Positions 36,714 to 49,440 of a DNA stretch of 64,000 nucleotides are shown here, in pieces. The position numbers and the translations under genes were made by a program. This stretch comes from Camelus dromedarius (Eukaryota), in the NCBI RefSeq assembly GCF_036321535.1, contig NC_087437.1, positions 121,336,001-121,400,000 on the forward strand, written 5' to 3'. The notes beneath the pieces are model-generated. The model was given only the letters and a program-made list of their open reading frames with translations. It was not told the origin of the DNA and did no database searches. The number at the start of each line of letters is the position of its first letter. The stretch's first letter is position 1.

Positions 36714-39315
36714 TTTAAGTGACAGTGAAACAGCTTGGTGTTTTCTGTGCATTTTAAACATTTAGTTTGCTGTCCTGCTCTGCAGGGCGTGTGGTGCAGG
36801 CCTCTGAGGGGCTGGCTCTGTCTGGGTGGGTGCCCCCCCACCCCCAGGCGCTCCGGGGGTCCGTCACTGGGGCACGAGGCCCACAGGCCCAGGCTGGGGG
36901 GTGAGGAGGGGGGCAGGGGAGTGGGGGCTGGGGGACGAGCCCTCTAAGGGGGTCACAGGGAGAGGGAGGGTCGGCCTGGGCAGTGGTGTCATCCAGCTGA
37001 GGGAGCAGTAGGTTAGAGGGGAGCGTGAGGGGCTCCGCACCACCCGGAGTCCTTAGCACCTGTGGGGCCCGGTGGGGGTCCCTGGTGCCCAGGGAGAGGG
37101 CCATCGGATCGGTCTGAGGACTGAGGGCAGGGGCCCCCGTGCCTGCCCGCCTGCCTCTGCCTCCCTCCCAGCTGCCTTTACGTTCCTCTTTCTCTCTCCT
37201 GGGGGAGGAAGCTGAACTTCGCACCCAGGTGTTGCTGACTGCGTGACTGACCGAATGAATGAGAGGCAGGAAACAACGGGTCCTAGGCGGGCCCAGACGA
37301 TGGAGCCCAGGGCCCGGCAGGGCTGGCCTCGGGTCTGCACACGGTGTGCAGGGGAGGGGGCTGCTCTGGGGCCCGGCAGACCCCTCCTTCCCCTCTGCGT
37401 GAGCTGCAGGCGGGGTTCTGCGCGGTGAGGGAGGGAGGGCCCGGTGCTGAGGGGCAGGCCGCAGGTATCTGGATTGCTGCACAGGTGACCCTGCCCGTCT
37501 GCTCCTGGCTTTGTCCAGACGGTCCTGCATGGGGCTCACACACCGTCTTCCTGGTACCCGACCCAGGTCCTGAAGCCTCAGCGGGTCTGACCGTGTTTGT
37601 GCTCCAGGCATTGGGTATCACCAGGTTTGTCTGGGGCGGGGATGGGGACGCGACTCCCAGGGCCAGGCGGGCCTGGGCAGCTGCTCCTGTTGGCATCCAG
37701 TGCCGCTCGAAGCCAGGTTTGTACAAACTCCAGATGTGTTGCTTCTGGAATGTTCCTCGTGCAGTGATAATGCCAGTGCCGCAGCCTGGCTGAGGTCATC
37801 ATGCCGAGATGTTGGGGCCCAGCCCCTCCACGCCTCCAGCGGGTTCTCAGGGTCCTCCTGGGTCCAGGATAGCAGCTGGTGGGCGGAGGCCACACAGCCA
37901 TGGCTTCCAGGCCCTTCTCTGATGTCACGATCCTGGGGTAGCTGGTCCCCTGCTCCTGGGGTAGCTGATCCTGGGGCCATGGGTCTGCATGGGAAGTCCC
38001 TTATTTTAAAGCCGAAGACTGTTTTTCTTCTAAAGATGTTCAGACAGCGTAGGCTACGGTGAAGATTACAGGTATGCTCCTGACGCCGGCTTGTGCTTCT
38101 GGAGTCTCCCTCGAGGTCCCCGGGAGAACACGTGGTCACTTCTGTTTCTGAACCCCAATGTCTCCCCCGGTGCCGCAGAGGCTGCTGGGCCTGCAGCCCG
38201 TCCCTCCCGTCCCCGCGGCCCCCGCCGCCTGAAGAGGCCCCGGGGCCCCTGGCTGGGACCCTCTGCAGAGGGACACTGAGGCCCGGAGACGGGGCGCTCC
38301 CCCAGCCGGCCTGGGGGGTGTCGGGCGCACTTCCTGCTGCGTCCTTGGGAACACAGAGCTGCTGGCCACCCTGTGACCCCCACTTACACACTAGACCTCC
38401 ACCCTCAGTTCAGGGCAGCACGGGGTCTGGGGTGCCCTAAGAGGAACTGGTCCCCTGACAGCAGCCCCCTCCACCGTGCCCTTGCCTGCCTTTGGTGTCT
38501 GGTTTCTAGCCCAGCGGTAATTACTCCCTCCTCGGCGTCTCTGCCAGGTGGGGGAGCAGATCCTAATTACATAACGATGTTTAATTAGAGAATTGGGCAC
38601 AGGTCGGCCCTCGGCTGCAGGCCTCCTGCGGAAGGAGCCGGCCAGGCTTCTCTCCTCTCCTGCAGGTGCCCCGGGGTCTGACTGCACCCCCCCCCCCCAG
38701 GCTGACGTGCCCCTCGCCCTCGTCCTTGTCACCCGGCAGGGCCCTCCTCCAGCTCCGTCTCATTCTGACTACTGCTTCTGGCCTCATCGATGGCCGTCCT
38801 GAGCCACCCCCACCAGATGAAGGGACCCCTCTGGTGGGGCAGGCACAACTGTCCTGGAAGCCCAGTCCAGGCCTGCTGGGGCCCACCAGGGGAGGCAGGG
38901 GGATGGTGGCCAGTCTGAGCGAGGCGGGTGTCAGCTCCATGCCAGCGGAACTCACACCTGGAGGCCAGGCTGGAGGCAGCGGCTCTGGGCGGGACCCTTT
39001 GGCCCAGACCCCCGACTCTTCCTGGGAGAAGCTTGAAGACTTGACACAGGGGATTCCCGCCGCCTCCCCGCCAGCTTTCCCTTCAGGGATCCTGCCTCTG
39101 GGGCACAGGTGTCCTGCTTTCTCTGGTTGGTGGAGTCACTTCACTGTGCTGAGTCGCCCGGGACACCTCCTCCCTCTGCCGCCGGCGGACACACAGCCAC
39201 CCTCACTTGACTTGATTTTTACGGGTTGCTTCTTAAACGTTTATTTTTTTTTACAGTATGTAAAGTGTTCCACTGTAGGTGTCAAGACTACAGTATGTAA
39301 TTTAAATCTTTTCTT

Positions 39316-39321
39316 AATAAA
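39316..39321 (+). terminator. Candidate distal polyadenylation signal
   Basis: AATAAA in an AT-rich island with three upstream TGTA motifs and downstream tggtgggttttatt. Confidence 0.45.
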
Positions 39322-42300
39322 TGTGCTGGACAGCTAGGACTGGTGGGTTTTATTCTGCTGGAGGATGTGTCTAAAAGCAAGCGTCTGAGTCATATTTGTA
39401 GAGGATTGTTAGCGTTTGTCCCCAGAGACTGGGGCCGCCCTGCACGCTGGGCAGGGACGGCTGGGGCTATGGGCTGGGAGCCCAGGGGGACCAGGTCTAC
39501 CCCACAGCCCACGCCCAGGCTGGGGGCCGGCTTGGGTCCTCGGTCTGTGCAGATGGGAAAAGATAATCCCACAGGTAAATGTGGGACTTGAGTAAGTGAC
39601 GCTGTGTCCAGCGCCAGGTCCCCACCCTCCCTGTGCCTGGGGGCCCCTGGTGCGCTGGGGCCTTGCAGCCTGAACCCCAGACAGGAGTGACTGGGATTAA
39701 ATGAAGGAGGAAGAGCGGCTCCAGTGGGGCCAGGCTGACGGCCACCTCCCCGGGCTCCTGCACTCAGAGACCACCGGCTCAGACGGGGTGCGGGTGGGGG
39801 CTCCAGGGGTGCCGACCCCCCACCCTTGGGGACATGCCGGCCGTGGGGTGATGGTGTGACCGTGTGTGCTTTCAGGAGGGACTCTGCAGGTACGAGGTAG
39901 GCGATTGCCCTCCAGCGTGTCCTATCAGAACAGGAGGGAACCCATCTCCTAACTCCTGGGCGCGCGTCTCTTGAACCCCTTCTTGGCGCCTGTTCGCGGT
40001 CACGTGCTTCATTATCACTTTTACTGCTTGGGGGGCGGGGGTGGGCAGGTGGTGCGATCAGTTTTCCACAAGCCGAGCAGGGCTCTGCGTTCCTGGCTCA
40101 CCACCTGGCGCCTCTGCGCTCGCCTCTGCTCGGGCGGGAGCCGCCCACAGCCCTTACGGCCCCTCCCGGAGCGGAGAGGTGAGCGGCCACCTTTCAAACC
40201 CGAGGCTTTTCCCACGGGTCCCTGGGAAGGTTCCCGCCACGCCCGCGAGCCTGGGCCCGATGGGGGGGGGCATCTCTACCTTCACTGTCCCCCCCGACCC
40301 CGAGGCTGGACCCCACCCTGCTCTCGCTCCCCCCGGATGGAGGAGGTCAGGCCCCTTCTGCTGCAGGGCTTCGTCCTGGTCCTCAGGCCCGACTAGCTGT
40401 CCCTTCCAGCCCCCCAACCCTGAGCCAGGCCTGGAGGGACCCCGCCCTGGCCACCCCTCGGGTGTCCTGTTGTCCAGTTGATGTCCTGGTCCTGGCACCC
40501 CAGTAGGAGCCGATGGATGCGCTGGGACCACCACCTGCTCTCTGGGTTGGTCTCCCAGGTTCTCTGACCAGACAGCCCCCCCCTCCCCGCATGCCTGGCC
40601 CGGAGCTGCTCCCCCCTCGTCATCCTGGGACAAAACCGCCTCGTAAGGAACGTCTCCAGGCTCAGCGTGAAGCCGGCCCAGCCACCCTCCTCCCTGGACA
40701 GACCGGACACGTCAGTCTGCCTCCACCCAGCACTATGGGGGACACGTAGAAGCAGGTCCTAGTGACCGGGTGCCGTCCTGTACAGTCTCCCTGTCTCTGT
40801 GCTGGGCCCCCACTGTGGTCTGTCCCCAGGCTGTGCCCAGAGCCGGTCCTCCCCCGGCTGGTGGTGGGCCTGCACCCCCCCGCTCCCCCAGGGCAGCTTC
40901 CAGAGTCCAGGTGAGATGCCCTGCGCTGCGCGGTGAGCGGCAGTGCTGCAGACGGTGGCCTGTCCCTCGGCCAGGGTGTGGTGGGGACGGCACGGAGCAG
41001 AGCCCGGCTAGCGCACGCGGACCTGTCTGGGGGGAAGCTCAGCTGTGGCCAGGAAGCCACCCACTGTTGGGAATGTTCGTCATGGCAGCAGAACCTGGCC
41101 CGTTGTGACCGATGCACCTCCTCCCTTTCCCATCGAGGAGCCCACGGAGGAGAAAAGGAAGCCACTCTGTGCTGAGGTCAGGAGTGGGCGCCATCAGCAA
41201 GTCGGGCCAGAAATACTGAGAAATAAGAATTTTCTGCAAGAAACAGCAAGTCAGACGTGCTCCCAGGGAACAGCAGTGGAAGAAGGGCCTCCCTGCGTGG
41301 CCCCAGCGGCGCCTCTGTTCCCCGGGGAGGCGGCCCCAGCGGGACACGCCTGCCTGCAGGGGCCCGTGCGCAGGGCGCCCTGTGCCCGAGGTGCCCGGAG
41401 AGACACTGACGCACCGCCGGATGCAGACGAGCTCTCCGACACACGCAACGGGGCCGAAAGTGACCACTCAGTCGCACTGAGGTGTGTGGCGCAGCTTGCC
41501 AAAGAAACAGCTGCTCTCACAGCGAGCTGAGTCACGGAGGAAGCAACACGGCCTGACAGGTGGTCTGGAAAAGCAGCACGGAAGACGCTGCCCAAGGAAG
41601 CTTCTCGAAGGCAGTGGAGGAGACCTGAGCATCGTGAGGTTGTCTTTATACACAAGAGAATAGGAAGTGCTTGGACGAAGCATTCCGCTCCAGACCGTGG
41701 AGGAGAGGACTGCGGCACGGCCTGGAGCCCCAGGAAGCTGTGGGGACACGTGGAGAGATAAAAAGCAGTGGCTGATTTGGCAAATAGAAAGGCTGTAGAG
41801 TCATGAGTTCGGGAGCGCGGACGCCCCTGGGGGCTGCTTGGGGCGGAGTCCGCCCCCTGGATGTCTCACCGGGGCGCCATCAGGGAGGCGGCCGGTCCCC
41901 GATCTGCCAGGAGCGGCCACGGGTCCAGCTGACGGGGCTCCGCCCGGCCTGTCCTCGTCCTCACAGCCGGCCCTCCGCACGGGGACCGAGTCGGCGCTGC
42001 AAGTGTCACTTCTGGTTGTGTGGCGTCTGTCTGTCGGTGTGAGCCACGTCAGGAGCGTGCTAGCCCGTGCCCCGGCCCCCGGACCCCTGCCCGGCCGGGC
42101 GCCCCTGCCCTGCTCTCCGAGGCGCTGGGGAGGGCGGGCAGCCGGCGCCGTGTCTCGTCTCCCCTGCCCTTTCCACCAAGGAGAAGGACTCAGACTGCAC
42201 ATGGGGAGCTGGGCTCCCGGGACAGGGCAGGGCTCACGGCAGCCCTGAAGGGGTCAGTCCTTTCCTCCCAGCGATCTGGGAAGAGGGCCAGAGGCCCCGA

Positions 42301-43399
42301 AGTCCGAGCGTCTGGACGGGCCCACGGTGGGGCCCGAGGGCCAGGAAACACTGTTTGCACCTCGTCCAGGGCTGGTGCCAAGAGGACCCGCTCCAGCCAC
42401 GCCAGGGTGAGTCCCGGAGCTCCCCTTCCCTGTCCTGACCAGGAGCGCCAACCACAGATGTCACACAGCAGCCCCCAGAACACGGGACCTCCAACGTCGA
42501 AGGAAACCAGGCACCTTTTCTCTTCCCACCCAACCCCAAGAACCAGACTGAGCCCCCTCCCGCCAGGAGAAAGCAGGGGTCTCTCTGGGCCTCTGGAGTG
42601 ACCCCTGGCTGGGGGCCCCACATGCCCACGTGTGGCTCCTTCCCGGCAGCACTCGGAGGGCCAGCGACCTCCGAGTGCTGCCGCCCCTGCTTCCGTCCGG
42701 CTCCCGGGCCGCGAGCGGGAGGCCTCGCAGCTGCTCAGAGTGGAGCGAAAGTTGTTTGGATGAGACTAAAACAAGACGACCATATATCAAAGGCAGCTGT
42801 AAAGCAGGACTTAGCCTTGTAATAACACTGTGGTTTTGTTTGCGCATCTTGAAAAATGTGAGTGTGATCTCAGCCAGGTGGTGGCCACAGGCCGAGGCCT
42901 CGGGGGGGTCTCTGCTGTCACTCAGGAGCACAAGCCCTCGTGGGCCCCCAGTTCCAGAGGCCGCTGCGGCCCCTGCTTACCCGGCTGAAAGGGGCAACAT
43001 ACTGTCGGGGGGCCGTTCTCCCCAGCCCACCTCTGCCCACGGCTGCTGGTGTTGGTAAGAGTGACCGAAGGGCCTTCTCCACCTTCTGGGGCCGGGCTCG
43101 GGGCTGGTGGTGTCCCCATGTCATCTCGGACTCCGGCCAACCCCACGACGGGGGCGCCTCTCTGGCCGGGAGCTACGGGTGAGGACGCTGAGGCCGGCCC
43201 CCTCATCCACCAAGGGGGCCTGAGCCCCGGGCCGTCAGCTCACAGAGCCGGCCTCCCAGATGGCCCTGCTGCCCCCCTGCTGGTGTGCCCCTTGCCCCTC
43301 ACCCCACACATGGCACGGTGGCCCTGACAGCCCACGGCAGCCTTGTCCACGCCGGTTCTGAAAGGCCGCGTGGCTCCTTTGAGGTGCACGGTGAGGGCG

Positions 43400-43561
43400 G
43401 GGGCTACAGCCAGCACCCATCCTGGTAACGGACCCTCCAGCCCCAGCCCTGCAGGCGGGGCAGCCCGAGGTGCAGCGGGAAGCTGCAGGAGTTGCGGCCT
43501 GCGGGCTGTGTAAAGCTGTGTTTGGGGGCAATTCGTGACACAGCGGCAGGTACCTAATACA
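43400..43561 (+). mobile_element. Degraded MLT1 LTR 3' end
   Basis: tttgggggcaattcgtgacacagcggcaggtacctaataca resembles the MLT1 terminus. Confidence 0.45.
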
Positions 43562-43980
43562 CGGGGCCCAGCAGGCCACAGCCAGCCCCGTCCTGCCGTG
43601 ACCGAACCTTGGCCCCTTGCAGCGGAGGCCGACTCACAGCTCCCAGAGCCCACTGCCCCTGCAGGCCAGGTTCCAAGCAGCCCAGCCCTGCCAGGCCACG
43701 TCCAGTGTGTCCCTGTCAGGCCCAGGCCCCCTCGCCCTTGGCTAGGCGCCTCCCCATCCTTCTCTCCCCAGCCCACTGGGGCCCACCCTATTCAGGGCGC
43801 CATCCTTACACGCAGCCCTAGGCCCCCTGTCCTCACCGATGTCCCCTGGGACTTTATCCGGCCTCACTCCTCACCCTCCCCCGCCCCAGCTGCCCTTTCC
43901 ATTGTTTCCTGGGACCCAAGGAAATTTTCCTGGATCCCAGCCCTGCCTTGCAGGTTCTGCAAACCTCTTGCCTTCTGCCC

Positions 43981-44060
43981 TCCCATCCCCCACACCTGTC
44001 CCATCCCCACACCTGTCCCACCCCCACACCTGTCCCATCCCCCATACTTCTCCCACCCCC
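43981..44060. repeat. 17-18 bp minisatellite, about 4.5 copies
   Basis: tccca(t/c)cccc(c)acacctg repeated; G-rich on the - strand. Confidence 0.92.
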
Positions 44061-44660
44061 AGTGAGTGTGTCAAGAACCCACCCCGGCAGCCACCGCTCA
44101 GGTTATAAAACCCGCTTGTCAGCCTCCATGGAACGCCTCGCCGGTGACAGGACCCCAGGGGCAGTGGGTGAAATGTGCAGCCCCTGCTGGTGGTGTCCTG
44201 TGACGAGGCTGAGAAGGTGCTTTGTCAGTGAGGCCCGAGCACTGGCTCTGCCCGCAGTGACGCCTCCTGAGGACCCTGGGTCTGGGACACAGTTTCCCAG
44301 CCTTGGGCGCAGAGTCTTGGCCAGCCAGATGGGACTGGCCATGGGAGACCTGGGTCCCTCCCGAAAGGTCCCTGTCTGTTCGAGCACAGTGGCCCTGTCT
44401 TAGCCTGCGTCCAGGGCTGCAGGTTGTTGGATTGGGGCCTGGGCATCGGGGGAGAGGAAGAAGGGTGGCTCGGGGGCAGCTGTCCGGTGACGGTGAGGGT
44501 GCTGATCCGTGTGCTCTGCGTTCCTGCACGTCGTGAACGGAATTCCCATGTGGCTCTTGTTTATGGGCCTTTATTAATGGCTTACGTTTCTGTTGAACCG
44601 TTCATTAGCTGTGCAGCCGACAGAGCTGTAACTGCACCCCAGCACTGAGACTGGGGCCCA

Positions 44661-44790
44661 CATGTGTGCCTGTGTGCGCACGTGTGTGTGAATTAATATT
44701 ACCCAGATATGCACGCAAGTGTGTTCACATGTGCATTGGGTGCCCACACGTGTGCCCCTTGTATGTGTGTTCATGTGTGCACACATGCAC
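44661..44790. repeat. Degenerate alternating purine-pyrimidine (TG/CA) tract
   Basis: tgtgtgcgcacgtgtgtgtg...catgtgtgcacacatgcac. Confidence 0.75.
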
Positions 44791-47700
44791 AGGGGGCTCT
44801 CATGTTCTTGAACTTGAACTCCTGGGCCCAAGGCCCCCATCTGCTTGAGGGGTGGTGACCCGCAGAGGAAGATTCTGCAGCAAGTTGATGTGGGGAAGCT
44901 GTTCTTTGCTCTGAGAGAGGATTCCCCAAGTTCTTTCATCTCCCTGTTTAGAGCCTGGTCCCAGCCTGGAGGACAGGGCCGCACCGGCCCCTCCTTCCTG
45001 CCTCGTGGAGGGCCACGGGTGCCTGCAGCCTCTGACTGGCAGGTCCGGACAGAGCCTGTTTAATCAGATGGTGTTTCCAGGAGCCAAATAACAAACATAC
45101 TTTCTGGAAGCAGCGGGAACAGCCTGTCTCCCAGGAGAGGAAGGAAAACAAGAAGCTGCTGATGGCCACACCCAAGACAGTTAGAGGCCACTGGGGTGAC
45201 CGGGCCTGGCCTTGCCAGCTGGCACGAAGGAGGGAGCTCTGCACGTGCAAAGGCCCTGCGCACGGAAGCCTGCAGACTCAGGGCCGCGGCCTGGGCACCG
45301 AGGGCCCACAGCTCTGGTGTAGGCAGAGGTCCACCTGCCCAGAGGCCGTGGCCACTGCCTCAGGCAGGTGCTCCCCAGTCTGGCTCTTTAGAGGCCCCTG
45401 CCTCCATCAACCCTCCCAGCCCAGGTCCTGATGCCAGGTGAGGGGGCCTCACCCTCAGAGGTGGGTCTGTGGCCTCCTCCCTGGACCCCACCTCCCCAAG
45501 AAGGCTGGTGGCCTCCCAGAGGGGGACAATATCCTGCAGGCAGCAGGCGGGTCTTGGCCTGAGCCCTGTCAGGACTCACGTAGGACATTACTTAGAAAAC
45601 CAGAGTTTCCCTTGGGAGACTCAGCCCTGCCGGGGTGCTAAGAGGAGGCCTGTGGCTGCCCGGGCTCTCTGCCTCTTGGAATCTGATCTCCCGTTTTGTT
45701 CGTGAGCTGCTGGCCTGACAAGCCGACCCCACTCAGCCTGGGCCGCCTGCTGAGGCCGTGGCCCTGGGGCATTCTTGGCGGAGTCCCGCACTCACGCGGG
45801 AAGGAGGGGTCTGTCCGAGGCCACGGCGCCCAGCTGTGCACAGCCACCCCAACCCTGATCCAGATTCCCTGGGGCTTCGACGGGACGGAAATCCAGATCT
45901 GAACCCCTCTTCCCGGGTGAGTCTCACGTGCAGTTGGGGTGCAGGGAGAGAAAGGACCTCGCCGGGGGGTGGGGGGGGGCTGGACTGTGGACCCAGTGGG
46001 TTCGGGGTGAGGCCTGGAGCAGCTGGGCTGGGTCAGAGACAGGCCGGGTTGGGCCCTTTCCCCGGGGCGCCCTCTGTGACCTGGGAGAGAGATCACCGCT
46101 GCGGGGGAGTCATCACAAGCTCGGCGCTGACGCCTCCAGGAGAAACACCTTTTATTTTCAGTCTGCACTGTCAGCTTCCTGGGCAGCTGAGGACCAGGCG
46201 CTGCTGGGTCTGCCCGCCCCGCCTCCGAGCTGAAGCTGGGGCAGCCTCCTCACGCACCCAGAACCATCTGCTCCCTGAGCACGCGCCATTCGCAGCTGGG
46301 CCGGGAGGAAGGGGCCATGAGCGGGCCTGATGGGCAGGTAATGGGGCAGTTTGACAACAGGCCTGGTCCCGCCGGCCCTGGCTCGGCAGTGTCCTCAGGG
46401 AGGCCGTGGGGAGGGCCCTCTGGACTCCCCGGCACCCCTCACTCCCCACCCCGGGCTGGGGACACCAGGGAATCGCAGCAGTGGGTCTGCCGGCCTCTGC
46501 CAGCCTCGGGCACCCCCTCCCAACACGCTGCATCCCCGTGTCCCCGACCCACGGCCACCCCGGGGTCTGCAGGGGGACTGAGGCCAGCCCTAAAAACTGG
46601 AGGGAAGGGTGGCCAAGCAGCGGAAGCCCCGGCTCCGGGTGGGCAGCAGGAGCCCGGCCTCTCCACTGGGCAGGTGGCAGCTGAAGAGGCCCAGCGTCCA
46701 CAGCGCATGAGAAAGAGACACCCGGCTCGGGGTGCGGGTCTGGGCTCTGCTCTCTGTAGCCCCACAGACGGGGCTGCGTCTGCTTCACGGGCCACCAGGC
46801 CCCGCGCACCCCGACCATCCAGCTGAGCCCCGGGCAGGGTGTAACCCAGTGTCTGGACTCCGAGCAGTGCCCCTGCTGCCGTCTACCCCTTCCCCATCTC
46901 CTGGGGCCCGTGATTTGGCCCCCTCCCCCCGACTATCTGGGGTCACCCCTTCCTTCCCTGCATGCCATGTGGGCTGGAGTTTGCCTGGCACCCCACGTGC
47001 GTCTGTGCACATCTGGACATTTCCAGAATAGAAGGTTCTGGAAGCCGCGGCCAGAACCCTGTGCATCCTCAGCTGGCTCAGGTGTCAGTGCATCTTCTTG
47101 AAAGGAACTCTGGTCTGCTCTGCTGGATTCTGTGAGGCCGGCTCCTGCAGACCTGCTTCCCTGGGGGGGTCTGCGGACAGGGCCCTCCCAGGGTGCCACC
47201 CTCCCTCATTCCTGTGCCGGCAGTGGGGCTGCCCAGACGCAAAACCTGGACCCATCTTGGCCTCACGTGTGCCCAAGGGTCAGCTGCCCGGCAGCGTCCA
47301 TGTCCACCCAACGGGCAGAGGCTGGGCCAGTGCAGCTGTGGGGCCACCTGTGTCCCCACCTTGGACGGAGGCTAATCCCCTGGGCGGCTCCCATACAGCC
47401 GCTCGGAGGTCAGTGGTCCTGCTGTCCAGATGCCAAGGCCGCGCGCACTCCAGAAACCTGGCTGGGCTGACACCTCGCCCTCCCCCGGTCCTCTCCCACG
47501 GCATGAGCCAGCGCCTCGGAAAGGATCTCTTTCGTCAGTGGGGGACAGTAAGGGACAGCCTGGCCTCCCCCCAGCAGGCCTTCAGCTGCCTGCTCACCAT
47601 GGAGCTGTCCCTGCCCTGACTGCGCACTGCTCGGCTCCCCGGGGGCGGGAGCTGCAGGGGCAGACGGGGGGTTGAGGGGTGAGCTCAGCCCAAGGGAGTA

Positions 47701-48192
47701 CTTAGGGATGCCCCTTCTCTGGCCTCAGGTTCCCTGATCCGGGAGGCCCCCCACTGCCCACCGCTCACAGTCTACATGTTCCCGAGGGTCTCGCGTCTCC
47801 GTGCCGTCGATGACGCCAGGGGGAGGGGCTGGCCAGGCCCCTCCTCTCCTTCCATGGGGTAGGGGTGCCTCTGCAAGGGGCCGAGCAGCTCGTGAGCTGC
47901 TTCACGGCAAGTCAGGCGCTTCTTGGAGAAGGTGCTTGCTTTGTCGTGGGAGCGGCCGGTGCGACGTGCTCTCCGGAGACAGAACAAGGGAGCAGCTAGG
48001 AGGGGCAGCCGGTGCCGGCCAGGTGGGGTCTGCGGCCGCGCCCACCTCTCCCTGCAAAACCCCCGCATGGCCAAATGGTCCAAGAAACTGCCACTCGGGG
48101 GGCCCTCCGTGTTTGTTACAATGAGAATCGGGTCCTTTGGCTCTTCTCTATCTGTCTTTGGCCAGTTCGGGGTCACGGCTGTCTCAGCCGGA

Positions 48193-48542
48193 CGTATTAG
48201 CTCAGGCAGCTTAACCCACATAAGTTATTCTCTCAAGGCCTGGAGGCTGAAGCCCGAGGTCCGGGTGTGGCAGGGCTGGTCCCTCCCACGGCCTCTCTCC
48301 GGGGCGTGTGGACGCTGTGTCCTCCTGTGTCCCCACGTGGTCGTCCCTCTGTGCACGTCTGTGTCCTGATCCCTTCTTCTTACAAGGACACCTGTCCCTG
48401 TTAGAGCCGGTGCCACTTCAGTGACCTCATTTTAACCTAATTACCCTTTTTAAGACCCTATTTCCAAATATTGTCCCATTCTGAGGTCCCAGAGATCAGG
48501 ACCTCAACATAGAATTTTGGGGGCAAAACTCAGCCCATAACA
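48193..48542 (-). mobile_element. MaLR solo LTR (MLT1B-like)
   Basis: cttcttacaaggacacc...tgacctcattttaacctaattacc...gacctcaacatagaattttggggg...cagcccataaca. Confidence 0.9.
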
Positions 48543-49202
48543 GGGAGGTTAGCAGCCTTGGGTTTGGGAACTCTGGGGGTCACACCCGTGCAGATCCAAG
48601 CATCTCATCTGAGGAGGGGCTGGGCTGTAGGGGGTCTCGACTGTGGGGTCTGTCTTAGGCCTGGTCCCCTGGGGTCCCCAGGCCGCTCTGCTGGGCCCCA
48701 TCCCTGTCGGTCCCCCCAGCCCTCCTGTCTGTAAGGGGAGCATGTCCTCTGTCTGTGAGCCCGCCCAGCCAAGGGAGGGTCACACACATGGAGCCCAGTG
48801 GAGGCTGGCCTGTCCTGTTGTCACCACTGTGGCAGAGGCATGGGGCAGGACCAGGGCGTCTGTACTCTGCCCGCAGCCCACCGCCGGCCCTGCACTCCCG
48901 CATCCTCCTGCAGCCACGCTTCACGCTGTGTGGGTGAACCCCCACCTCTGACTGTCTCTCCTGTTTCTGTGTTTCTGGGCTCGGCGTTCACAGCTCCTCT
49001 GCTGGGAGAAAGGGTGCCATCTAGCCAGGAGCTGGGAGGAGCCGAGGGGCATCTCCACGGCCCGGCCCACAGGTGAGGGAGCGTTTCAAAGCCCTTGTGT
49101 TCAGAAGGACGTCTTCATCGGGCGGCCAGATCGGGTCTGACTCACCCTCCGTGCTAATCACCTCAACAACTGTGCCCCAGGTCAGTTTCAGGGGTTCTGG
49201 GT

Positions 49203-49440
49203 CAGTATCTCCTATTCTGTGAAAGGGGGTTCTTGGGCCAAAAGAGTTTGGGAGACGCAGAGTAAGGCAAGGTGGAAAACAGGCCCTACAGCAGGCCTTA
49301 TCAGAGCCTTTGATGGGCTAATGTGAACTCTGACCCTCCGGAGGGGTGGGGAAGCAGGATTCTCAAACTGACAGGTGGTTTAACTTTCATGGAAAGTCTC
49401 ACGAGGTCAGTGTCTTTTGAACATATTTGGAGAATGCTGC
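49203..49440. mobile_element. hAT-Charlie-type MER DNA transposon relic
   Basis: CAGT...CTG ends; gagtttgggagacgc, cagagcctttgatgggctaatgtgaa and atatttggagaatgctg motifs. Confidence 0.55.

Noticed and set aside
41190..41800. A-rich + strand patch as an exon or L1 ORF2 relic
   Set aside because: Only vague L1 resemblance and no splice-consistent frame; cannot support a call without a search
43981..44060. CRISPR-like array
   Set aside because: Eukaryotic context; units are contiguous with no unique spacers
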